Source of the DNA: a bacterium
Lineage (GTDB): Bacteria; Bacillota_I; Bacilli_A; RFN20; CAG-288
Reading direction: 5' to 3'
Assembly: GCA_963648975.1 (NCBI GenBank)
Contig: CAVJFW010000004.1
Coordinates: 1-59,541 of the forward strand
Length of the DNA stretch: 59,541 nucleotides
Shown: in pieces, positions 39,112 to 47,383 of the stretch
Position numbering within the stretch: position 1 is the first letter of the stretch
Layout: each line of letters starts with the position of its first letter
Made by a program: the position numbers and the translations under genes
Notes under the pieces: model-generated
Databases searched by the model: none
What the model was told of the DNA's origin: nothing
What the model saw: only the letters and a program-made list of their open reading frames with translations

Positions 39112-40947
39112 ATGGCAGAAAAGATCAAGAAAGATTTCCAGGAACTGAAAAAACTTGACAAGGAATCCCTCAGGGTCCTTGCAAGTGACATCAGGGCAGA
39201 CATTCTCTCTGCCTGTCTTTCCAATGGCGGACATCTTTCGAGCAATCTCGGTGTCGTCGAACTCACGCTTTCCATGATGAAATGCTTTCCACCGGATCAG
39301 AACGACATCCTCTTTGATGTCGGACATCAGTCCTATACCTACAAAATCATGACGGGAAGGGATATTTCCAACATCAGAAAGACGGATGGCGTCTCACCCT
39401 TCAACCTCCGTGAGGAAAGCATCTATGACGTCTATTCTAACGGCCATGCCGGAGATGGCATCTCCACCGCATATGGTATTGCAAAGGCCAAGGAACTTTG
39501 CCATGAAGAATCCTATACCTTGGTCGTCGTCGGTGACGCATCCATTGAAAATGGCATATCATTTGAGGCTATCGACCAGATTGCCGGGAAACACGAACCA
39601 AAGCGTCTCATCATCATCCTCAATGACAATGGAATGGCAATCAGCAGGAACAACGGCCCATTGAGCAGAAAATTTGCCCATCTAAGGAATTCCCGCTTCT
39701 ATTTCAGGACTTCCTCCTTTTTGGGAAGAAAGATGTCCAAGCACAAATTGACCTGGAAGATATTCCTCAAGATGCGTTCATTGAAGGACCATCTCAAGGG
39801 GATGGTCCTGAAACCGACCATCTTCGAGGCCATGGGAATCAAATATATCGGTCCCTATGACGGACATGATTTCGATTCATTGGATCTGGCTTTCGAAAAA
39901 GCGAAGGTTCTTTCACAAAAACAGCCTGTCATTGTCCATTTCCTTACAAGGAAAGGCTTCGGCTATCCAGAGGCGATGAAGGATGAGAAAGGTGACTTCC
40001 ATGGTGTAAGAAAGGATTTTGACCAGAAATCCTATGCTCCGAACCAACAGTTCACATCTATCAAGCAGTCGCTGCTTTATGGACCGATGAAGGAAGATGA
40101 AAAGATGGTGGTCATCACTCCTGCCATGGAAAAAGGAAGCGGCCTTGAAAAACTGTTTGCAGATTTCCCATCCAGATGCATAGATACCGGCATCAGCGAA
40201 GAACATGCCATGGTTCTTGCCAGTGGACTTGCCTTACGTGGATATCATCCTGTCCTGGACATCTATTCCACCTTCTTGCAGAGAACATATGATGAAATCA
40301 TCGAGAATGTATCCAGAAACGATGTTTCCGTCATGGTGCTTGTCGAAAGAGCTGGCCTGGTCGGTGAGGATGGTTCATCCCATCAGGGCATATATGATGT
40401 TGGAATGATTTCCAACATTCCTCACTGCAGATGCCTGATGCCTTTTGATGCGATGAGCGTGAAATATCTTTTCGATATGGTCAAGGAAAACAGGCATGGT
40501 CCCTTCTTCATCCGTTTTCCAAAAGGCAATCCTAATTTTGACGTTCCAAGTCATACGATCGAGAACGGCTTTGCGTTCTTCAGGAAATTCAACAACAGAA
40601 AACTTGTCCTAGGCATATCCGTCATGGGATTTGATCTCATAAAGAAAATGCCTGAAGACTATGACACGGCCATCATGGTCGATCTTCTTCCGGAGGATGC
40701 TCTCCTCAACACGCTGAATCTCAACCATTATGATGAAATCTATCTTTATGATGCCTATTCCACCATGGATGGGAGTGTCAGACATCTTGAAAGCTATCTC
40801 GTAAGACATCATTATCAAGGAAAATTCCATTCATTTGCGTTTGAAAGAAAGTTCATCGGCTTTGGCCAGGTAAAGGACTTACTTGAAAGAGAAGGCATGG
40901 ACGTCGACTCCGTCTATGACAAGATCATCGGAGGTGATAAGAAATGA
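39112..40947 (+). CDS. dxs: 1-deoxy-D-xylulose-5-phosphate synthase (somewhat divergent)
   Basis: GGHLSSNLGVVELT, DVGHQSY, ILNDNGMAIS, and IYSTFLQRTYDEI ... GEDGSSHQG. The usual GDG is GDA here. Confidence 0.88.
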   Translation: MAEKIKKDFQELKKLDKESLRVLASDIRADILSACLSNGGHLSSNLGVVELTLSMMKCFPPDQNDILFDVGHQSYTYKIMTGRDISNIRKTDGVSPFNLREESIYDVYSNGHAGDGISTAYGIAKAKELCHEESYTLVVVGDASIENGISFEAIDQIAGKHEPKRLIIILNDNGMAISRNNGPLSRKFAHLRNSRFYFRTSSFLGRKMSKHKLTWKIFLKMRSLKDHLKGMVLKPTIFEAMGIKYIGPYDGHDFDSLDLAFEKAKVLSQKQPVIVHFLTRKGFGYPEAMKDEKGDFHGVRKDFDQKSYAPNQQFTSIKQSLLYGPMKEDEKMVVITPAMEKGSGLEKLFADFPSRCIDTGISEEHAMVLASGLALRGYHPVLDIYSTFLQRTYDEIIENVSRNDVSVMVLVERAGLVGEDGSSHQGIYDVGMISNIPHCRCLMPFDAMSVKYLFDMVKENRHGPFFIRFPKGNPNFDVPSHTIENGFAFFRKFNNRKLVLGISVMGFDLIKKMPEDYDTAIMVDLLPEDALLNTLNLNHYDEIYLYDAYSTMDGSVRHLESYLVRHHYQGKFHSFAFERKFIGFGQVKDLLEREGMDVDSVYDKIIGGDKK

Positions 40948-42599
40948 TTCAGGAATTACATATCCACAATCTCGCCGTCATCGAAGATGCCACATTGGAA
41001 TTCTCATCCAGGGATACGGCTCTTGTCGGTGAAACCGGTGCGGGTAAATCTCTCGTTGTCAATTCCCTCATGCTTCTGATGGGTAACAGAAGCGATTTTT
41101 CCCTTGTCAGGGATAGTCAGAAGAAGGCTTATGTATCTGCCTTGTTTCAAATCGAGGAAGGCTTTCTACAAAATCATGCTGAACTGAAGGATTATGTAAA
41201 TGAAGATAAAACCCTGTTGATCAAGAGAGTCCTCAACAGTGACAAGACATCGAGATATTATCTCAATGATGAACAGGTCACCGCAAATGAGCTTAGGGAA
41301 GTGACCTCTCATCTTATCGATATCCATTCACAGAATGCCAAATCCGATCTTCTTGATGAGACAAAGCAGATAAGATATCTCGACATGTCATCGGAAGAAA
41401 TCCTCTCTGCTCTTCAGGATTACAGGAAAGCATATTACGAATATACGGAAACAAAAAATCAGCTTTCCCAGCTGGTATCCTCCCATAAGGAATATGACAG
41501 GGAATACCTCGAATTCCAGATCAAGGAAATCGAAAAATATCATCTTTCGGAAAATGAAATCGAAGAACTCAACGCCGAATATCTTTCCCTCAGGGATCAG
41601 GACAGACTGAAAGAAAAATATATGTCCTTCAAGACGACGGTTTCCTCTTCTTCCCTATCCCTGAATGAAATGCTTTCCCAGGCCAGCCATCAGCTGAAAG
41701 GTCTGTTTGACACCTCGTTGGATGAAAAGGCAAAGAGAGTTTATTCTGAAATTCTTTCGCTTCAGGAATCTCTTAACGACATTGATTATGAATTTGAATC
41801 AAAATCCATTGATCCAAAGCGCATTGATGACATCAACGAAAGACTCTTTTCCCTGAAGGGCCTGATGAGAAAATATGGTAAGACGACCAAGGAGATTCTG
41901 ACAAAATATGATTCCTTCAGGAAGACACTTTCCCAAATGGACTCCTATGAAGAGAATGTCAAAGACCTTGAAACTGAAATCGAAAGGAAAAAGGCTTCGG
42001 CCATGAAGAAGGCTGAAATTCTTTCCTCTCTCAGACAGAATCAGGCACTTGTCCTTTCCAAGAACATTCAGGACGAGATGGAATCTCTTGGGCTTAGGAA
42101 AGGTGGCTTCAGAATCGATGTAGAAAAGAAGGATGAATTAAGTGAAAATGGAATCGACCACGTGACATTCAAGGTTTCACTCAATGCCGGACTTTCTGAA
42201 CAGCCTCTATCCAAGGCAGCCAGTGGCGGTGAGGCCAGCAGACTCATGCTTGCCCTGAAAATCGTCCTTAACCGAATTGATCCCTATGATCTCATGGTTC
42301 TTGATGAAATCGATACCGGAATTTCCGGAAAGGCTTCATTCCTTGTGGCCAAGAAGATAAGACAGCTTTCAAGGGAAAGCTCCCTTATCATCATATCCCA
42401 TATTCCACAAGTCGTCTCAAGCTGTGATACATCCATCCAGATTGAGAAGAAGACGGACGGAAAAAATACCTTCACAACAGCAAAATCACTTGACGAAAAA
42501 GAAACCATTCGCTTTGTTGCCGCTATGATTTCCCTCGACAAGGTGACTGACAATGCCCTCAGCCAGGCTCAGGAACTGTATTCAGAATTCCATAAATGA
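40944..42599 (+). CDS. recN: DNA repair protein RecN
   Basis: Walker A GETGAGKS, coiled-coil middle, SGGEASR signature, VLDEID. Confidence 0.93.
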   Translation: MIQELHIHNLAVIEDATLEFSSRDTALVGETGAGKSLVVNSLMLLMGNRSDFSLVRDSQKKAYVSALFQIEEGFLQNHAELKDYVNEDKTLLIKRVLNSDKTSRYYLNDEQVTANELREVTSHLIDIHSQNAKSDLLDETKQIRYLDMSSEEILSALQDYRKAYYEYTETKNQLSQLVSSHKEYDREYLEFQIKEIEKYHLSENEIEELNAEYLSLRDQDRLKEKYMSFKTTVSSSSLSLNEMLSQASHQLKGLFDTSLDEKAKRVYSEILSLQESLNDIDYEFESKSIDPKRIDDINERLFSLKGLMRKYGKTTKEILTKYDSFRKTLSQMDSYEENVKDLETEIERKKASAMKKAEILSSLRQNQALVLSKNIQDEMESLGLRKGGFRIDVEKKDELSENGIDHVTFKVSLNAGLSEQPLSKAASGGEASRLMLALKIVLNRIDPYDLMVLDEIDTGISGKASFLVAKKIRQLSRESSLIIISHIPQVVSSCDTSIQIEKKTDGKNTFTTAKSLDEKETIRFVAAMISLDKVTDNALSQAQELYSEFHK

Positions 42600-43720
42600 A
42601 AAGAATCGCCCATATTGACCTCAACGCCTTTTTCTGTCAGTGCGAGATACTTAAGAATCCCAGCCTCAAAGGCAAGGCGATTGCGGTCGGCTCCATTCAG
42701 CGTAGGGGTGTCATCTCCACATCCAGCTATGAGGCAAGGAAAAAGGGAGTTCATTCAGCATTGCCGACTTCCATTGCCCGGTCAAGATGTCCCGAATTGA
42801 TTCTAATCGATGGAAATTATTCCCTCTATCAGAAATATTCCAACATGTTCTTTTCGTACCTGGAGAGCCGGTTTCCGATATTGGAAAAGGCATCCATCGA
42901 TGAATGCTATATCGACATGACCAAGGAAATGATGGATGTTGGAGATGAGGAAGCCTATCTTTTTGACTTGCAGATGGAAATATTCCATAAGACAAGGCTG
43001 AAGTGTTCCATCGGACTATCCTATAACCGTTTTCTTGCCAAGATGGCATCCGACATGAAAAAGCCGCTTGGACTGACAATCATCCAAAAGGAAGACATTC
43101 CAAGGATGATTCATCCGCTTCCCATCGACAAATTCTTCGGAATCGGAAAGAAGACCACCCCACAGCTAATCGATGCTGGAATAACGACAATCGGAGATCT
43201 TGCCAGAAGCGATGATGACAATGTCAGAAAAATCCTTGGATCATCCTTTGATTATTTCAGGAATGAGGCTAACGGCATTGCCTCTGACATCGTGGACAAT
43301 TCCGCATTTGACCCAAAAAGCATATCGGCGGAACGTACTTTTCCTGATGACGTGACGGATTATGATGAAGCCATGAACATGATCAGGAAATGCGTCGATG
43401 AAGTCTGTGCTGACCTGAAAAAGCATCAGAAGCTCTGTGAATGTCTCTCCCTGAAGCTCAGGGACAATCATTTCGTGACAAGAAGCAAGCGAATCTCACT
43501 TGCTCAACCGACCATGGATTCCTCCATCCTTTTTACCTATGCGATGAGAATCTTTGATGAGTTCTACAAAGATGAACCGCTTCGCCTCATCGGAGTATCC
43601 GCTGAAAAGGTTCTCAATGCCATGGAAAAGAAAAAGGACGAGACGGATAAGCTCATCAGGGAGATAAATCAAAATCTTACGTTTGGTGGTAAAATCATCA
43701 AGGGAGAAGACTTAGGATGA
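42596..43720 (+). CDS. dinB: DNA polymerase IV
   Basis: [14 protein letters not shown] and [11 protein letters not shown]-family motifs. Confidence 0.93.
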   Translation: MKRIAHIDLNAFFCQCEILKNPSLKGKAIAVGSIQRRGVISTSSYEARKKGVHSALPTSIARSRCPELILIDGNYSLYQKYSNMFFSYLESRFPILEKASIDECYIDMTKEMMDVGDEEAYLFDLQMEIFHKTRLKCSIGLSYNRFLAKMASDMKKPLGLTIIQKEDIPRMIHPLPIDKFFGIGKKTTPQLIDAGITTIGDLARSDDDNVRKILGSSFDYFRNEANGIASDIVDNSAFDPKSISAERTFPDDVTDYDEAMNMIRKCVDEVCADLKKHQKLCECLSLKLRDNHFVTRSKRISLAQPTMDSSILFTYAMRIFDEFYKDEPLRLIGVSAEKVLNAMEKKKDETDKLIREINQNLTFGGKIIKGEDLG

Positions 43721-44592
43721 AAATCTCTTTGGAAGTCGAGGAATTTCTGACCTACCTGATCACGGAAAAGGGAGACAGCCTCAAGACCATCGAATGTTAT
43801 AAAAAGGACCTGAAGGAATTTTCTGATTATCTTTCGGATAAGGACTGTTCCTTGCTGAGCAATGATGACATGAATGATTTCCTGTCCTTTCTCAAGGAAA
43901 AAGGGATGAAGAACAATTCCTTGATAAGAAAATCCATGTCGGTGAAAGGATTTTATTCCTTTCTGAAAAGAGAAGGCATCATAACAGTTGCCTTAAGCGA
44001 TCTTGTAACTCCGAAAAAAGAAGGAAAACTCCCTGACATCCTTTCCATGGATGAGATGGAAAGACTTCTCGGAATGATGGACTTGTCAACAGCAAAAGGG
44101 CAGTTGGACCATGCCATGGTACTCATCTGTTTCAGCTGTGGTTTACGTGTCAGTGAACTCGTAAACCTCAGAATTGACCAAATCAACACCAAAAACGGCT
44201 ATCTGAGGGTCTCGGGCAAGAGAAACAGGCAAAGACTCATACCCATATCAAAAGATGCCCTAGAGGGCATGAATCAATATGTCTTGGCTGTCAGGGATAA
44301 ATCCCATACGAAAAGTCCATGTCTCTTTGTACACGAAAACGGCAAGGAAGTCTCAAGGCAGTACTTTTTTCTCGAACTGAAGAAATATGTGAAGATGGCA
44401 GGAATCAACAAGAACGTCTCACCACATACGTTGAGACATAGCTATGCATCGATTCTGCTTGAGAATGGTGCTCAGCTTAGGACGATTCAGGAACTTCTCG
44501 GCCACCAGGATATCTCCACGACACAGATTTATACGCATATATCCAAGAAGAAGGAGCAGGAAGAATACGATCAGGCGATGAGACGGAAATAA
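43717..44592 (+). CDS. xerD: Tyrosine recombinase XerD-like
   Basis: [31 protein letters not shown] catalytic motifs. The position upstream of deoB matches my recollection of Bacillus ripX-drm. Confidence 0.85.
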   Translation: MKISLEVEEFLTYLITEKGDSLKTIECYKKDLKEFSDYLSDKDCSLLSNDDMNDFLSFLKEKGMKNNSLIRKSMSVKGFYSFLKREGIITVALSDLVTPKKEGKLPDILSMDEMERLLGMMDLSTAKGQLDHAMVLICFSCGLRVSELVNLRIDQINTKNGYLRVSGKRNRQRLIPISKDALEGMNQYVLAVRDKSHTKSPCLFVHENGKEVSRQYFFLELKKYVKMAGINKNVSPHTLRHSYASILLENGAQLRTIQELLGHQDISTTQIYTHISKKKEQEEYDQAMRRK

Positions 44593-44611
44593 ATAAAGAG
44601 AGGGATAAAAA

Positions 44612-45823
44612 ATGAAATTCAAAAGAATATTTGCGATTGTCATGGATTCCGTCGGAATCGGAAGTGAACCCGATGCCGACAGATTTTACAATGACGGACA
44701 TACGGATGAAGGAAGCAACACATGGCTTCACATCTCCGAGAAGATGGATGGATTCCATATACCGACAATCAACAGCCTAGGCATACATGACCTTTGTGAT
44801 GTCGTATCCTCAAGTGAGGTCAGCCATCCTAACAGCTACATCATGACCATGAGGGAAAAATCCATGGGTAAGGATACTCTTACCGGACATTGGGAGATGA
44901 TGGGCATAGAAACAAAAGAACCGCTTGTCACATTTACGGAGCATGGATTTCCTCAGGAACTGATTGACGAGCTGGAAAGAAGAAGCGGAGTTTCGTTCAT
45001 TGGAAACTACTCCTCAAGTGGTACCGTCATCCTTGATGAACTAGGTGAACAGTCAATCAGGGAAAAGAAGATGATTCTCTATACGTCCGCTGATTCCGTC
45101 CTTCAGATTGCTGCCAACATGGATGTGTTCTCCCTGGAGAAACTTTACGAGACATGTCTCATCGCCAGGGAAATCACAATGAAGAAGGAATGGAAGGTTG
45201 GAAGAGTCATCGCCAGACCTTTTGTGGGGACTGAAAAAGGACATTTCACAAGAACGACGGACAGAAGGGATTATTCCGTCAAGCCAGAAGGAAAGACTGA
45301 CATGATGGATCTTGTCGACAACGGATATAAAGTCTATGCCATCGGAAAGATTCATGACATTTTTGCTGGAAGCGGAATGACATCCAGCGAACATATAGAT
45401 TCAAATCATGATGGCATGATGAAGACCCTGAATGTCATAAGGAATGAAGAATTCACAGGTTTGTGTTTTGTCAATTTGGCTGATTTTGATGTACTCTATG
45501 GACATAGGAGGAATCCTATCGGATATGGAAAGTGCATCGAAGAGTTCGATGCCGATCTGAAGTTATTGATTGATTCCCTCAGGGAAGACGACCTTCTTAT
45601 GATTACGGCTGACCATGGAAATGATCCGACCTGGTATGGGACTGATCATACCAGGGAAAAGGTACCTCTCTTCTGCTACAGCAAGTCCTACCATAACGGA
45701 AGGATGCTTGAGGAAAGAGATACATTTGCTGACATGGGCATGACCATTATGAAGAACTTCAATGTTGAGTCTTCAAATGAAAAAATCATCGGAAAATCAA
45801 TCGATGAACTGTTAAATGACTAA
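44612..45823 (+). CDS. deoB: Phosphopentomutase
   Basis: IVMDSVGIG, TGHWEMMG and ADHGNDPT motifs. Confidence 0.93.
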   Translation: MKFKRIFAIVMDSVGIGSEPDADRFYNDGHTDEGSNTWLHISEKMDGFHIPTINSLGIHDLCDVVSSSEVSHPNSYIMTMREKSMGKDTLTGHWEMMGIETKEPLVTFTEHGFPQELIDELERRSGVSFIGNYSSSGTVILDELGEQSIREKKMILYTSADSVLQIAANMDVFSLEKLYETCLIAREITMKKEWKVGRVIARPFVGTEKGHFTRTTDRRDYSVKPEGKTDMMDLVDNGYKVYAIGKIHDIFAGSGMTSSEHIDSNHDGMMKTLNVIRNEEFTGLCFVNLADFDVLYGHRRNPIGYGKCIEEFDADLKLLIDSLREDDLLMITADHGNDPTWYGTDHTREKVPLFCYSKSYHNGRMLEERDTFADMGMTIMKNFNVESSNEKIIGKSIDELLND

Positions 45824-45824
45824 A

Positions 45825-45841
45825 TAGTATTTATTTAGTAC
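45825..45841 (+). repeat. Left copy of the 17-nt direct repeat TAGTATTTATTTAGTAC
   Basis: 16/17 identical to 46216-46232. Begins 1 nt after the deoB stop. Degenerate copy (13/17) at 45895-45911. Confidence 0.85.
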
Positions 45842-45846
45842 TAAAT
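45833..45846. repeat. Perfect 14-bp palindrome ATTTAGTACTAAAT
   Basis: Read directly from the sequence. Shares the 10-bp core TTAGTACTAA with 45905-45914. Confidence 0.85.
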
Positions 45847-45876
45847 TGCAACTACTAAGTGTGGTTGCAATTTTTT
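45846..45876 (+). terminator. Intrinsic terminator of deoB
   Basis: TTGCAAC-11 nt-GTTGCAA followed by T6. Confidence 0.75.
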
Positions 45877-45903
45877 AGTGATCAATTTAATTACTAGTTA
45901 TTT

Positions 45904-45915
45904 ATTAGTACTAAT
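45904..45915. repeat. Perfect 12-bp palindrome ATTAGTACTAAT
   Basis: Read directly from the sequence. Lies 70 bp from the first palindrome. Confidence 0.85.
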
Positions 45916-45965
45916 TATAAACTAACTTCTTAAAAGATACTACTAACTTAATTTTTCGATTTATT

Positions 45966-45993
45966 TATTAACATAATAAACATTATACGAATA
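45966..45993 (-). other. Candidate dif (XerC/XerD) site
   Basis: The minus strand reads TATTCGTATAA-TGTTTA-TTATGTTAATA. This matches recalled E. coli dif (GGTGCGCATAA-TGTATA-TTATGTTAAAT) at 21/28, with 9/11 in the XerD arm. It matches B. subtilis dif (ACTTCCTAGAA-TATATA-TTATGTAAACT) at 19/28. Confidence 0.35.
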
Positions 45994-46064
45994 AACCTCT
46001 TTCATAATAAAAAATAGACTTATCTGGATATTCAAAACCAAACAAGCCTATATCCTTCTATAAA

Positions 46065-46083
46065 ACTACTAAATTACTACTAA
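46065..46083 (+). repeat. Tandem ACTACTAA units with 11-nt period (reverse orientation of the TAGTA half-sites)
   Basis: ACTACTAA at 46065-46072 and 46076-46083. A related TACTACTAA is at 45938-45946. Confidence 0.8.
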
Positions 46084-46215
46084 TTCCAAATCGATTCATA
46101 GATGATATTATGAGTATCTCTATTTATCTTACTGAGATTTAAACTTTAGTACTTTATTGGTACTAATAATATACTAGTAACTCTGATATATCAAATTTTA
46201 ATATGCTAGTCTATT

Positions 46216-46232
46216 TAGTATTTCTTTAGTAC
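46216..46232 (+). repeat. Right copy of the 17-nt direct repeat TAGTATTTCTTTAGTAC
   Basis: Ends 3 nt before the mtnN stop codon. Degenerate copy (13/17) at 46147-46163. Confidence 0.85.
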
Positions 46233-46235
46233 CAT

Positions 46236-46925
46236 TTATCTACTATATCTATTTACAATATACTTCACGACCTCTGCGGCACGATGAGATGCCATATCGA
46301 GATTATCTTCGTATTGATTCTTGTTTCCGTCATCATTGCTTGCATCATCGGAGATGGATCGTATGATGACAAAAGGAACCTTTGACAGATAAGAGACTTG
46401 AGCCACTGCAGCAGATTCCATGTCGACGGCAACTGGTTCATCAAACTTGTTGAATACATCCATATTGACGTTTTCCTTCGTCATGAAGGAATCACCGGAT
46501 AGTATCAGTCCATTGGCAATGCCTTTGACTTCGGATTGATTGGCAACATCAATTGCCTTTCTGTCGCATTCGAAATACAAAGGACATTGACACATCTGAC
46601 CATAGGAATATCCGAATGCAGTGACATCCACATCATGATAAGCACATTTTTGGGCAATCAATGTCGAAAAAGGTTTTAGTCTACCTTCTATGGTACCTGC
46701 AACTCCAACATTGATTACCAGGTCGAAATGATGTCTTTCCAACATTCTTCCCAACTGATATGCCATCGATACCTTGCCGATTCCACCGATCATGGAATAG
46801 ACTTCGTCTTTGGATTCATGAAGCGAGAAGTGAGTGACACCATCTTTGATGTCCATCTTCTCATCGAAGAGAGAAAGGAAAGCATCCTGTTCTTCCTTCA
46901 TCGCACAGACAACAAGATAAGTCAT
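46236..46925 (-). CDS. mtnN: 5'-methylthioadenosine/S-adenosylhomocysteine nucleosidase
   Basis: VVCAMKEE, GIGKVSMA, DMESAAVAQV and IRSISD motifs. Confidence 0.92.
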   Translation of the reverse strand: MTYLVVCAMKEEQDAFLSLFDEKMDIKDGVTHFSLHESKDEVYSMIGGIGKVSMAYQLGRMLERHHFDLVINVGVAGTIEGRLKPFSTLIAQKCAYHDVDVTAFGYSYGQMCQCPLYFECDRKAIDVANQSEVKGIANGLILSGDSFMTKENVNMDVFNKFDEPVAVDMESAAVAQVSYLSKVPFVIIRSISDDASNDDGNKNQYEDNLDMASHRAAEVVKYIVNRYSR

Positions 46926-46927
46926 GA

Positions 46928-47377
46928 TCAGTTGTTACCTTGCTGAGAGGCCGGTTTCTTTCTCTTGCGGTATTTTGGTTCCTCGGTTGCCTTTACAAGT
47001 TTATGAGGACATTCCTGATAAAGTGAATCCAAGCCGACTCTCTTTCTTTCATCGCGGGTGAAGAGCTGAATGACGACATCCTTTGCGTCGAGAAGAATCC
47101 AAGTGGATTCCCTTCCACCTTCGGTATGATCGAGATTCTTGTAGTTGTCATACAACGCTTCCTTGGCAGACTGGGTCAGAGAACGGAGTCTGGTCTCGTT
47201 GCTGGCTGTTGCAACGATGTAATAGGAAACGAACGGGGAATTGTTCCTGACATCATAGATGACGACTTCCTCGCCATAGTTCCAGCTCAATTCCTCAGCG
47301 ATATGAATCGCACGGTTGGAAGTGATTCTTCCTTTGTCCTGAATGCCTGTCTTTGCAGTGCTTGATTTCTTCAGCAT
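46928..47377 (-). CDS. rsfS: Ribosome silencing factor RsfS (extended termini)
   Basis: Iojap-like core (VVIYDVRNNSPFVSYYIVATASN ... WILLDAKDVVIQLF). 149 aa. Confidence 0.88.
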   Translation of the reverse strand: MLKKSSTAKTGIQDKGRITSNRAIHIAEELSWNYGEEVVIYDVRNNSPFVSYYIVATASNETRLRSLTQSAKEALYDNYKNLDHTEGGRESTWILLDAKDVVIQLFTRDERKRVGLDSLYQECPHKLVKATEEPKYRKRKKPASQQGNN

Positions 47378-47383
47378 ATGTGT

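Larger units (their letters stand above)
45824..46235. repeat. AT-rich non-coding spacer densely populated with TAGTA/TACTA repeats
   Basis: No ORF of 60 aa or more. Visibly much more A+T-rich than the flanks. Repeat units and palindromes are listed as separate features. Confidence 0.8.

Noticed and set aside
46091-46118. Second dif-like sequence TCGATTCATAG-ATGATA-TTATGAGTATC in the spacer, which might have indicated an IMEX-type duplicated dif
   Set aside because: It matches only about 4/11 and 6/11 in the two arms of E. coli dif and lacks the ATAA inner half-site. That is within chance for AT-rich DNA.
45824-46235. AT-rich iteron region considered as a replication origin (a few TTATC-type DnaA-box-like strings such as TTATCTACT)
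   Set aside because: There is no good TTATCCACA match, no dnaA/dnaN nearby, and the flanking genes converge rather than diverge. Terminus or insertion explanations fit better, but the origin idea is not formally excluded.
43717-46235. xerD plus the repeat-bounded spacer considered as an integrated mobile element
   Set aside because: The recombinase sits in a conserved housekeeping context (recN-dinB-xerD-deoB) with translational overlaps. There are no cargo, excisionase or transfer genes. Only the small non-coding spacer itself could be an insertion remnant.
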